From contig BCKZ01000034.1 in NCBI GenBank assembly GCA_001600815.1, forward strand, positions 1 to 64,000: a stretch of DNA of 64,000 bases, read 5' to 3'. The DNA comes from Alloascoidea hylecoeti (Eukaryota). Each line of letters starts with the position of its first letter. The first letter of the stretch is position 1. The notes under the pieces are model-generated. The model saw only the letters and a program-made list of their open reading frames with translations, was not told the origin of the DNA and searched no databases. Shown here in pieces: positions 54,780 to 64,000 of this stretch. The position numbers and the translations under genes were made by a program.

Positions 54780-56088
54780 ATGTCGATTACAATGTATGTA
54801 ATCTTGCGTTCATGGTTAAAAAAATACTCTTCACTAACCTTATCCGTCTTGCATCACTTGTTTTAATTATGATTAGGTATCCGTTTGCTCCCATGAACGT
54901 TCCGACTGAGAGGAGAATGCAGACCCTCAGTGTGTTGTGGCATGTCATCTCCATCCCTTTATTTACAACCATCTTTCTATTGTGTTGTGCCAATCCAAGT
55001 TTATGGCCTATAATAATCATTTATCTTGTAAGTTATAACTATCACCAATTTACCTACTGTTTCTAACTATCCTATACTAGATTTATTTTTTCATTGACAA
55101 ATCTCATCTTAACGGGGATGCACATGATAGATATAGTCTGAAAATGAGAAGTTTGCCAATATGGAAATACTTTGCCCAATATTACCCAATCAAATTACAC
55201 AAAACTCAAAATTTAGAGCCAACTTTCACCGAAAAAGAGGTTCTCGTTTATCATAAGCAATGGTCATGGCCCCTTTCAAAAATTTTCAATAAAGGTCATG
55301 GATTAGATGAGGAAAAATGTAAAATTCAATCAAAAACAGGACCAACTTATCTTTTTGGATATCACCCCCATGGTGCTGTTAGTATGGGAGTAATGGGAGC
55401 ATTTGGCTCAGAAGGGGCAAACTGGTCAAAATTATATCCCGGAATCCCGGTGAGTGCAATGACTCTTGTGAAACAATTTCAGGTACCTATTTATCGTGAT
55501 TATTTACTATCACTGGGAATTTCTTCAGTGGCTAGATTAAATGCATTGGAACTGTTACGACGTGGACAATCTATCACCATTGTAGTTGGAGGTGCTCAAG
55601 AAAGCTTAATGGCACATCCTTCATCTACCAAGCTTGTTTTGATTAGACGGAAAGGATTCATAAAGCTGGCGATGGAGGTTGGGAACGTTTGCTTGGTTCC
55701 CGTTTACGCGTTTGGAGAGAATGAAATTTATGATACTGTTCCAACGGAAAGTCAGTCGTTCGTCCGCAGATATCAAATCTTTCTTAAAAAGAAGTTACAG
55801 TTTACAATTCCCTTGTTTCATGCCAGAGGGGTGTTCAACTATGATTTTGGGCTGATGCCTTATAGAAGGCCGATTGATATTGTTATGGGGCGCCCTATTA
55901 GCGTTCCATTTCTGCCAACCCCCAAACCTGAAGAGGTTGAAAAGTACCATGACCTCTATGTAGAAGAGTTGAAAAGAGTGTTTAATGCGAACAAACACAA
56001 GTATTATAAAAAGTACAGTCCGAACGGCGAAGTTGTGAAGTTAACTGCGGAGGAGCTTGATAAAGTGGAACTGGATTTAGTTGAGTGA
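54780..56088 (+). CDS. DGA1: Diacylglycerol acyltransferase (DGAT2); exons 54780-54793, 54877-55027, 55081-56088
   Basis: FAPMNVPTERRMQTL, YYP, GYHPHG, VVGGAQE, RRKGF, VPVYAFGE, GLMPYR. Confidence 0.92.
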
Positions 56089-56344
56089 TATATTCTACAT
56101 AGTTAATGATAAGATAATTATTAGCAATATAGAGCCACTGTGGCGTCATCCACAAGTTATGCATGTGACGCCACGGTTAGCCCCGGATCACGCCACGATC
56201 AGCCTCAGATGTGGCGCATGGAGATATAAGCCACTTCGCATTGGCTGAATCCATTCATCGCAAAACGTTTATAAATAAACCTATATCTATCCTTTTCCTT
56301 CTTCTTTTACATTATCGTATACTTTTATATCTTATTAAGTTAAA

Positions 56345-56986
56345 ATGGTCAAAATTCTCTCAGACGAAGAACTCCATGCACATAATCGATATCTCGCGAT
56401 AAACGCACTTGCTGGGTTTTCCGCTGGTTGCGTCCTCTCAGCTGCCTTGTACCGTTTCACCTACCGTCGTCTCCCCATGTTCAGGTCGTATCCAATCACA
56501 ATAAAATCTGCTGCCGCGATTACTCCTCCTTGTATTGGGTTCGTCTTGGTTGGAGAAAAGGCTTCTAATAGATACGATCGAATGCTTTATAAATCTGGAG
56601 AATTCTCAGATGCTGCTCTAAAAGAACATCAAAGAATGAGCAAATTGTCACGTACAGACTACTTTTTGGAATCGCTCTACAAAAATAAATACTCTGTCAT
56701 CACTGCCGCCTGGGCTTTATCAATGTGGGGGTCGTGGGAATACGTTAATATGGATAAAATCATGACAAAATCACAAAAGATCGTCCAAGCAAGAATGTAC
56801 GCTCAAAGTATAACCGTTCTTTTGGTGGTTGGTGCTGTGGCTCTCTCTGTTTCCGAAGAAAAGCGTCATCCAGAAATTTATGGTGCTAAACCATCTCTTA
56901 ATGAATCCTGGAAGGAAATCTTAAAAGAAGAAGAAGAAAAAGAAGAAGAAGAAAAAGAAGATGCAGTAGTTGTTCATAAGCTTTAA
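56345..56986 (+). CDS. RCF2: Respiratory supercomplex factor 2 (HIG1 domain)
   Basis: MVKILSDEEL, NKYSVITAAWALSMWGSW, MTKSQKIVQARMYAQ. Confidence 0.92.
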   Translation: MVKILSDEELHAHNRYLAINALAGFSAGCVLSAALYRFTYRRLPMFRSYPITIKSAAAITPPCIGFVLVGEKASNRYDRMLYKSGEFSDAALKEHQRMSKLSRTDYFLESLYKNKYSVITAAWALSMWGSWEYVNMDKIMTKSQKIVQARMYAQSITVLLVVGAVALSVSEEKRHPEIYGAKPSLNESWKEILKEEEEKEEEEKEDAVVVHKL

Positions 56987-58843
56987 ATTTGAGCTTTAAC
57001 CCAAACTCAAAAGTTTTTTTGACTTATTTCTTATTTACTGATATGATATACTTTATGTAAAATTTCAAAATGTTTAATTAGGTTATTGAATTGATGGCTC
57101 TAGATTTATTATCAAGCAATTGTAAATCATTCCATAAATTAAGTTATACCGTAGACAGTCAATAGGACTCAGAATACCACAACATTGCTCTGTTGCAACC
57201 AAAAGTTACAAAATCAAAAAAGATATATTATTATAGATAATATCACTAAATTCTGCCCAATCTTGTTATTTTGATAACCCTTTTTCAAAAATTTCTCTCT
57301 GTGATTTTTTCTGTGATGAAAAATTTGCTAAGATTAATTAGAGCTCAGTAGATCTAGCTCACGAAAACGCTTTAGACTAACTGCACAACCATTTTTACAC
57401 AAAATAAAAAGTCGTTAACTTTCATATACCATCTTCATGTTTTGTCCCCTATATTCAATGGATGAGAATATAAGCTTGTTTCTATAATGATTTTCATTCA
57501 TTGGAGTCTTTGGGAATGCCATCTTAATTACTAGCGGTGATTTAGTGGCCATTTTAAAAATGGAGCTGCAGTGATTTGGGAACTTTTTTGTATTTTCCAG
57601 AATTTATAGCTATCCTCAATTCTCCCACTATGTTACGATAATCGCTTTAAGCAGACATCTACACTATTCTTTGACCATAGAGGTATCATATATATCAATA
57701 TGGCAGCTCCCAACTAATCGTGTTAAAATGAATATTTGTGTTTTAAGGATGGAGCGCGTGAAATAGGCATCTGAAAATTTGTCAATAAGGAACATGATAA
57801 CAAAAAGTTATTGCTCCGCAAAACGTTATTGTATACTGGTCATTGCAAGACACTCAATAACTCCCTATACAAGAACAAGAAAATTAATGCCTACAGATTT
57901 TTAAGCAGGGGATGCAAAATATCTTCGCAACGTTAACGTTGATGAAGCAGGTAAACAATTGTGGCGGAAGAACGGGACGATGTCTTCCACTTTATCCAAT
58001 TTTCCTCAAATTAATCCGAGAGGTGAACTAATCACCAGTATTCAATTGGGGTTTGATATTACGGTGAAGGAATCGTTTCTTCCTTATAAGTATATCATCT
58101 ATCAAAGAAGCTTGTAACAAATCCCATCAACCGCCGCCAAAAAAGAATTTTGTTACAAATATATAAGGAGGCAAGATCAAAGATTATAGCTACAGTATCC
58201 ATATGACCCTCTAAAGGTATTTTTTCTGGATTTTTCCTTTTGATCCACAGAAAATTCTAAAAAGAAGAAGAAGTATTGAAAAAAATCAAGGAAAATTTCA
58301 TATAAGATTTCGCTGAAGAATTGAAATCTACCGAGTTTGCAAAAGAAATTCAAAATATGGTTGAACACACGGTATAGCAGAAGATGAATTACGAGCGGCA
58401 GCAAGCTTTATTATCTCATATTTCACCTTAGTTCTCGAAGATCCCTTAAAACCTATGCGAAGTGTCATTCGGGCATCTAAAAGAAGGAAAGCATAATTCT
58501 CCGGAGATCAAGAAAAATGTGTTGGATCTAATGAACTAACACTAACGCATAGAAGAAATCTTACTCCACACAGCCAAAAATATGGAAAATATTGAACAAA
58601 GCTTACCAGAATAGGTAATGAAGAAAATTTTAGTGATAATATTTATCGTTGTTACTGCAACAGAACAATGCTATGATATCGGAGAGCTAACTCAAAATAA
58701 TAATCACGTATGTAAACTTATTATAGTTATAACATTCATTTTAATTTAATTATAGAATACTTATAAGGTATATGATATGAAAAAAAGGCATTGAAAAGAT
58801 AGTGACTATATAAAACAAAAAAAGCACTACTATTATAACTTGT

Positions 58844-61800
58844 TTATTTCAAGTCAAGAGACTTAATAAGATGATCCCTTTCTTGCTTAGATAAAGTATG
58901 TAGCGCATCCTTGATACCACTAATGGTTGACTTTTTATCTTTTCTCAATAAACCAAGAATGTTTTGTCTAATCGCTTCGTTCTTTAGCTCTTGAATGTTT
59001 TTATCTATCTGTACGTGATTATCCTCAAACCACGATGCAACAACTCTATCATTCTCATGTTCAATATCTATTGGTAACCATGCCTTTAATCTGGCCATTC
59101 TTTCTAGTCTATTAGAATTAGGCAGCTCCTCTTGTATTCTTCTCAACAGATACTCTTCGTTCAATCGTCTTCTAATACGCCAGAAGAAGAACCTTCTTGA
59201 TTCTTTCCATTTGAGAGCCTTTCTTATAACGCCTTTGGCTTCCATACGGCCAACACGATCATGTAGATCAGCAAATTGAATAGAAACTTGGGCATAAATA
59301 GGCAATAATAGATTTTCACGTTCCTTAATTTTGGCGACAAGATCTGCCGATTGCTTTGGTGTAAGATCTGGTTTAGCAGCCTCCGCTTTTAATTGGCCAT
59401 ACTTGGTATCCAATCTTTGCATGGTGGCTAGCAACTTTTCCTTTCTATATTTGATACCAACCATTCCCTCAGGTTCTAACACACCTGCTCTAGACTCTTC
59501 ATCCGCATACATTTCCATCATATCAGCATTAATAGTAGGATCAACAACAACCCATGAACCACCACGCAATTCACCCGTTGGTGGGATATATGTCAAAATA
59601 GGCTGCTTGAAATCAACCAATGCATCAACAATGTAGGAACCGTATTTCAAAACCTCGTTATACATATCACGTTGACCACCAGAGAAACCTCTCCAGTTTG
59701 CTAAAATCATTAATGGCAATTCTTCACCATTATTGAAGTCATTAATAGCTTGCGCAGTCTTATAAGCAGAATTGGGATACCACACCTGTCCAGCTTCTTG
59801 TAAAGCTTGCTCTGTTGAATCTGGATTAGCAGGATCAGCAGGAATTAAGTTATCCACAGTTCTGGTTTCAACACCAATAACACCAAATGGAATACCACCC
59901 AGTCTGGCACGTCCAACAACAACACCTTTAGCCCAACCACTTAATGTTTCTTGGAATGATCCCTTATCAAATAGACCAGATTCAAATCCTGTGTCAGTAT
60001 CTCGTCCTGCGATCATCCATCTAACATCATATGCTTCATTTCTAGTTGGAGTATATTCAACCTCACGATCCCATGAATCACCAGTCTCAAAAACTGGAAT
60101 TGGCATATGTTTTCTAGCAGGAATATATGAAAGCCACTCGATTATCTTCTCTACACCTGCAAGATCATCACTTGCCGTTAGATGAGATACACCATTTCTA
60201 TACATAATTTGGGTTCCGCCTAATTGTAGATTTGAAGTGTAAACTTCTCTTCCAAGTAATTTATTTATAGCTGGAGCACCCGTTAGAATAATAGGTTGTC
60301 CCTCAATTTGAATAGCTCTTTGACCTAATCGGACTAGATAAGCACCAATACCAACAGATCTACAAGTAACAAGAGTTATAGTGAAAATATCTTTATAAGC
60401 CCTGGATGTTGCACCAGCAATTAAACCGGATCCCCTTAGACATTCAACACCAAGACCATCTTCGGCACCAATAATAGTAACAATCTTGTGGCGTTCTTCA
60501 CCAGACTCAACTATTCTTTCGGTTAACACAGATTTTTTACCTGATTTATCCAAACTAGCTTTTACTTCTGGTGTAAGATACAAGTAATCAAACCCTTTAG
60601 ATGAATCCTCGGGATCTTTCCATGCAACTGAAAACAAAGGAACTAATTCATCTGCAACACCAATTCTAGCACCGGAATTTGCTGAGAGATATATTCTTGG
60701 GATACCTAGTTCTCTGGCCAATTCTGTAACCTTACAGAAGAAATTGTCCTCCTGTGGTCCAAATGATCCAATTTTGAATGTAATATCATTAGCAATAACA
60801 ATGATTTGTCTTCCTCTAGGATATTCTGGAGTTTTTGCGTTAATCATCCACGCAACCATGCCAATATTGTTAGCACCATTATCTCTAGTCATTTCTATTA
60901 ATTCACCACCTTCTTCCAATATCAATTCCTTAAAATCAAAGAAATCTTCTGGGATTTTTCTATGATCAAGTTTTTTCCATTGAGACTCGACTGCTTGCTT
61001 AAATAGCTCTGGAAAATCATAACAATATGTTGTACCCATGAGATGAGCCTTGTATCTTTTTGGTTGGAGGGACTCTTTAGTTGGATAAGGTGTACTGATA
61101 CTTCTTAAGTGCATGCTTCCAGGTTTACCAATTGATTTGAAAACCCATTCTCCTTTTGCGTTCTTAACTTCCATGTACATCTCGCTTTTAACGACATATC
61201 CCGAAACATTATTGATCATAGCACGTAACGGATATGGAATACCGGTGGAAGGATCTGTGCACATAATTCTAATCTCGGCACTGGTTACACGAAGTCTCCA
61301 TAAACGTCTTCCAAATCTTTCCAAAAATCCACCAAAAGCAGCTTCAACTTCTTCAGGAAGTAAGGAGAATACAGCAGAGAAATTAATAAAGATATGATTC
61401 AAATCAGAATTTGTTGTACCAATAACTTCTAAAGCATCTAAAATATCACTCATCAATCTATCAGCTTCTGAGATCAAGTATTCTGCAGTAGAAATGTCAT
61501 CTCTTATTTTCCCTGTTCTCACAATACCACGAGTAAAGAAACGTTTATCAGTTGGTGCATTTTTACCAACAGCTTCATAAACATGGATATTTCTATTATC
61601 AGTAAACACTGGTTTAATATTGAAATTTGATAGTCTACCCAATTCAAGTTGATAAGCTAATGAGGGTTCGATATGTCTAATTGTTGTATCTTCAATATAG
61701 TTGGGGCCTTTGAATGTGTAATATTTAGGGTAGCTTCCTATTTTATCACCGAGTAAAAATGTTATACGTCTAATCGAACATGCTTCCAAGTCTTCCTTGT

Positions 61801-64000
61801 AAAAATCAATGATTTCCTTGATTCGTTTCAATAGAACACCTTCAGACTCGTAACCATCAATGTTAGAGATTGGAATAGTCAATACATTACTCAATTGTTT
61901 TTTCTCAGCAGACTGTTCTCCTCTTCGAGGCAAAATGTTGCTTGCTCGGGTATTCATTATTAAACCGCCCTGTGGTTTTCTTGGATAAAGGTCCAAAGCT
62001 GTTGACATTGATACTTCAACATCATCAAGATGATAAGCAGGGCAAATTGCACCTAATCTCAAAGGTTCAGTTTCACCTACAGCTAAAAATGACAAATCAG
62101 AAACAGACACGGCTCTTCCCATTGCATGGCTTTTGGTTCCATTCGAAGAGGTTAGTGCTTGTGGAACAGCGTTATAAGCAGCTTGACTCAAAGAAGGTAG
62201 CATAAACTTGAAAAAGATAGCAGGTGAATACCCAGGTTCATCATTGTAGTTAAGTTCAACTATACTGTAAGCACGATATGCGCGACGAATGTAAACTTCT
62301 AAAGCCGCAAAAGAAACCCATCTATCACTATGAACAAAGAATTGTGTTAACACATCAAAGACAACATATTTAGAGTCAATAACATCTTTAACAACTTCAT
62401 AGTTTGGATTACAGTGTTCCAATCCAACTTCACCATATGTGGTTTCAATAACCGAGGATTTCAAGATATGCTCTAGTTGATCAGATCGTTCTTTAAGAGA
62501 AGGTAATGCGCATTGAATTAAGATCTCTCTAGCCTTTAGTACAACTTTCGAAGTGCTTCTAGAATCTAATTCAACAATCTTTTTTAAAGATGGTCTAATA
62601 TATGTTGCAATTTCAGAACTGTCAGTAGCCGGTTGTTGATATTGTTCAAGAATAGCCAAAATCAAATTGTTTTTGGCACCAACTCTGCTGTGGGACAAAG
62701 CAATATTAACAACACTGCTTAAATCATCTTTATTGTCTTCTCTTAATTGCAAAATAACTCCTTCATCTCTTGAATTCAACCCACTAAACAACTTTTCAAT
62801 TTCGTAGTATTTATCAAGCAATGCAGAAAGACTTCTGTATTCATGAACACGTAAACCTTCTTGATAGTCTTTGGCAATTTCAGCCAATGGAGCAACAATA
62901 TCATCGTAAAAAGCAACATTTTCTGATTTTTTATATCTTTCAATGGTTTTGAGAATTTGACGAGATGGGAAATCATGAGATCTATGCTTGGCTCTTTCCA
63001 CAACAGATATCAAAGCCTCGTCTAATTTAATGGGCAATCTACTATGAAGAGAAGATATTTGTGAATCCCATTGACTGAAAGGTAATTGATTGTCTCTCAA
63101 AACCTCGATCATGTTTTTCAAAGTTGATTTCATAACGATTTGGTTATCGTAACCTGTCAATATATTGCATAAAGTATTATAAAGAACTCTAAATCGTTGG
63201 AATGGTTTGGTACCGACATTTTGAGGAGAACCAAAGTCAGGTAAAGTACCTTCAAAAGGTAAAGCATGTTTAACTTTAGAAGGATCATCAAGAGCTAATA
63301 TAGCGAGAATATCACCAGTTATAATAGAAGATCCTGGTTGTTTAATAAGTTGAATAGTACCATCTTCCGAAGCAACTAAAGGCATAAACATTTTCATAAT
63401 CTCAACTTCTGCATAAGGTTGACCAGCTTTAATATGATCACCATTTTCAACCAAATATCTTACTAATTTGCCAGGGGATTGGGTTCTTAATTGTGTTGGA
63501 TCATTTTCAGCTTCTAAGAGGCAAGTTTTTGAATCGACAGATAGACGTGTTGCTGCAACATCTTCTTTCCAATAAACACTGTGACTTTTGCCTCCAATTG
63601 ATACTAAAATACCTCCATCAGATAAAGATCTCACACCAACCTCAACTCTTGAGCCATTGATGAACAAAGTGTATGTATCACTTGAAGATCTAGTTGCGGT
63701 GAATTTATATCGTTTACCTTCATATATGAAATCAGTTGGAAATATGGTCTTGACAACTTCTCTTGACGCGATTTGGCCTTTCTCTAAAGATGATGTGTAG
63801 TTGCTTATTTGTTCATTATAAACAATGTGTGTTTTACACACAGCCCCACATAAAACCGCTAAAGTTGGATCAGGTCTTTCAGCAGTTAATTTATGGGTTA
63901 TCAATTCATCGAGCCAACCAGTGGTGATTTTATTTTCTTCAAAAGCAGGTGTTTCTAACAATTTTATTAAATATTCAACAGTAGTTCTAAAATCACCTCT
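58844..64000 (-). CDS. ACC1: Acetyl-CoA carboxylase (5' part lies outside the window)
   Basis: Biotinyl motif EVEIMKM, Snf1 site MGRAVSVSDL, carboxyltransferase motifs NDITFKIGSFGP, ANWRGFSGGQRDM; frame runs off the window end. Confidence 0.97.
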   Translation of the reverse strand, partial: RGDFRTTVEYLIKLLETPAFEENKITTGWLDELITHKLTAERPDPTLAVLCGAVCKTHIVYNEQISNYTSSLEKGQIASREVVKTIFPTDFIYEGKRYKFTATRSSSDTYTLFINGSRVEVGVRSLSDGGILVSIGGKSHSVYWKEDVAATRLSVDSKTCLLEAENDPTQLRTQSPGKLVRYLVENGDHIKAGQPYAEVEIMKMFMPLVASEDGTIQLIKQPGSSIITGDILAILALDDPSKVKHALPFEGTLPDFGSPQNVGTKPFQRFRVLYNTLCNILTGYDNQIVMKSTLKNMIEVLRDNQLPFSQWDSQISSLHSRLPIKLDEALISVVERAKHRSHDFPSRQILKTIERYKKSENVAFYDDIVAPLAEIAKDYQEGLRVHEYRSLSALLDKYYEIEKLFSGLNSRDEGVILQLREDNKDDLSSVVNIALSHSRVGAKNNLILAILEQYQQPATDSSEIATYIRPSLKKIVELDSRSTSKVVLKAREILIQCALPSLKERSDQLEHILKSSVIETTYGEVGLEHCNPNYEVVKDVIDSKYVVFDVLTQFFVHSDRWVSFAALEVYIRRAYRAYSIVELNYNDEPGYSPAIFFKFMLPSLSQAAYNAVPQALTSSNGTKSHAMGRAVSVSDLSFLAVGETEPLRLGAICPAYHLDDVEVSMSTALDLYPRKPQGGLIMNTRASNILPRRGEQSAEKKQLSNVLTIPISNIDGYESEGVLLKRIKEIIDFYKEDLEACSIRRITFLLGDKIGSYPKYYTFKGPNYIEDTTIRHIEPSLAYQLELGRLSNFNIKPVFTDNRNIHVYEAVGKNAPTDKRFFTRGIVRTGKIRDDISTAEYLISEADRLMSDILDALEVIGTTNSDLNHIFINFSAVFSLLPEEVEAAFGGFLERFGRRLWRLRVTSAEIRIMCTDPSTGIPYPLRAMINNVSGYVVKSEMYMEVKNAKGEWVFKSIGKPGSMHLRSISTPYPTKESLQPKRYKAHLMGTTYCYDFPELFKQAVESQWKKLDHRKIPEDFFDFKELILEEGGELIEMTRDNGANNIGMVAWMINAKTPEYPRGRQIIVIANDITFKIGSFGPQEDNFFCKVTELARELGIPRIYLSANSGARIGVADELVPLFSVAWKDPEDSSKGFDYLYLTPEVKASLDKSGKKSVLTERIVESGEERHKIVTIIGAEDGLGVECLRGSGLIAGATSRAYKDIFTITLVTCRSVGIGAYLVRLGQRAIQIEGQPIILTGAPAINKLLGREVYTSNLQLGGTQIMYRNGVSHLTASDDLAGVEKIIEWLSYIPARKHMPIPVFETGDSWDREVEYTPTRNEAYDVRWMIAGRDTDTGFESGLFDKGSFQETLSGWAKGVVVGRARLGGIPFGVIGVETRTVDNLIPADPANPDSTEQALQEAGQVWYPNSAYKTAQAINDFNNGEELPLMILANWRGFSGGQRDMYNEVLKYGSYIVDALVDFKQPILTYIPPTGELRGGSWVVVDPTINADMMEMYADEESRAGVLEPEGMVGIKYRKEKLLATMQRLDTKYGQLKAEAAKPDLTPKQSADLVAKIKERENLLLPIYAQVSIQFADLHDRVGRMEAKGVIRKALKWKESRRFFFWRIRRRLNEEYLLRRIQEELPNSNRLERMARLKAWLPIDIEHENDRVVASWFEDNHVQIDKNIQELKNEAIRQNILGLLRKDKKSTISGIKDALHTLSKQERDHLIKSLDLK

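Noticed and set aside
1..64000. tRNA, rRNA or snRNA genes
   Set aside because: No cloverleaf/T-loop context or snRNA signature recognised by eye; a tRNAscan-SE or Rfam scan is needed to exclude them.

Overview
Eukaryotic nuclear DNA from an AT-rich, intron-rich budding yeast (Saccharomycotina-like). Spliceosomal introns are GT..CTAAC..AG, and CTG codons fall at conserved Leu positions. The first ~4.6 kb is a nest of transposons: a Ty1/copia (Ty5-like) RT-RNaseH fragment with repeated LTR copies and a 100-N gap, a decayed BED-finger hAT transposase with a 17-unit ~23-bp array at its end, and a candidate MITE. About 24 housekeeping genes follow: H2B/H2A, REG1, LMO1, NIT3, COX17, DNM1, PSR1, DBF2, TPC1, MLH3, MAM3, an Eht1-like hydrolase, KIP2, RAD53, two MNN4/LicD paralogs, MUP3-like permease, SMC1, a ~12-intron HFM1/MER3, PRE4, YMR31/KGD4, DGA1, RCF2 and partial ACC1. 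There are also two orphan ORFs. The 38.9-41.3 kb intergenic region holds relics of a GH45 endoglucanase, a gypsy RNase H and a MITE. Three observations stand out: (1) the Ty5-like cluster lies beside several genes that are centromere-linked in S. cerevisiae, so it is a candidate retrotransposon-based centromere flank; (2) the periodic GTGGTCGAATATTT array at the hAT end; (3) GC-rich islands where top-strand G/C skew flips, even between co-oriented genes. All calls come from manual reading and motif recognition; no database search was run.
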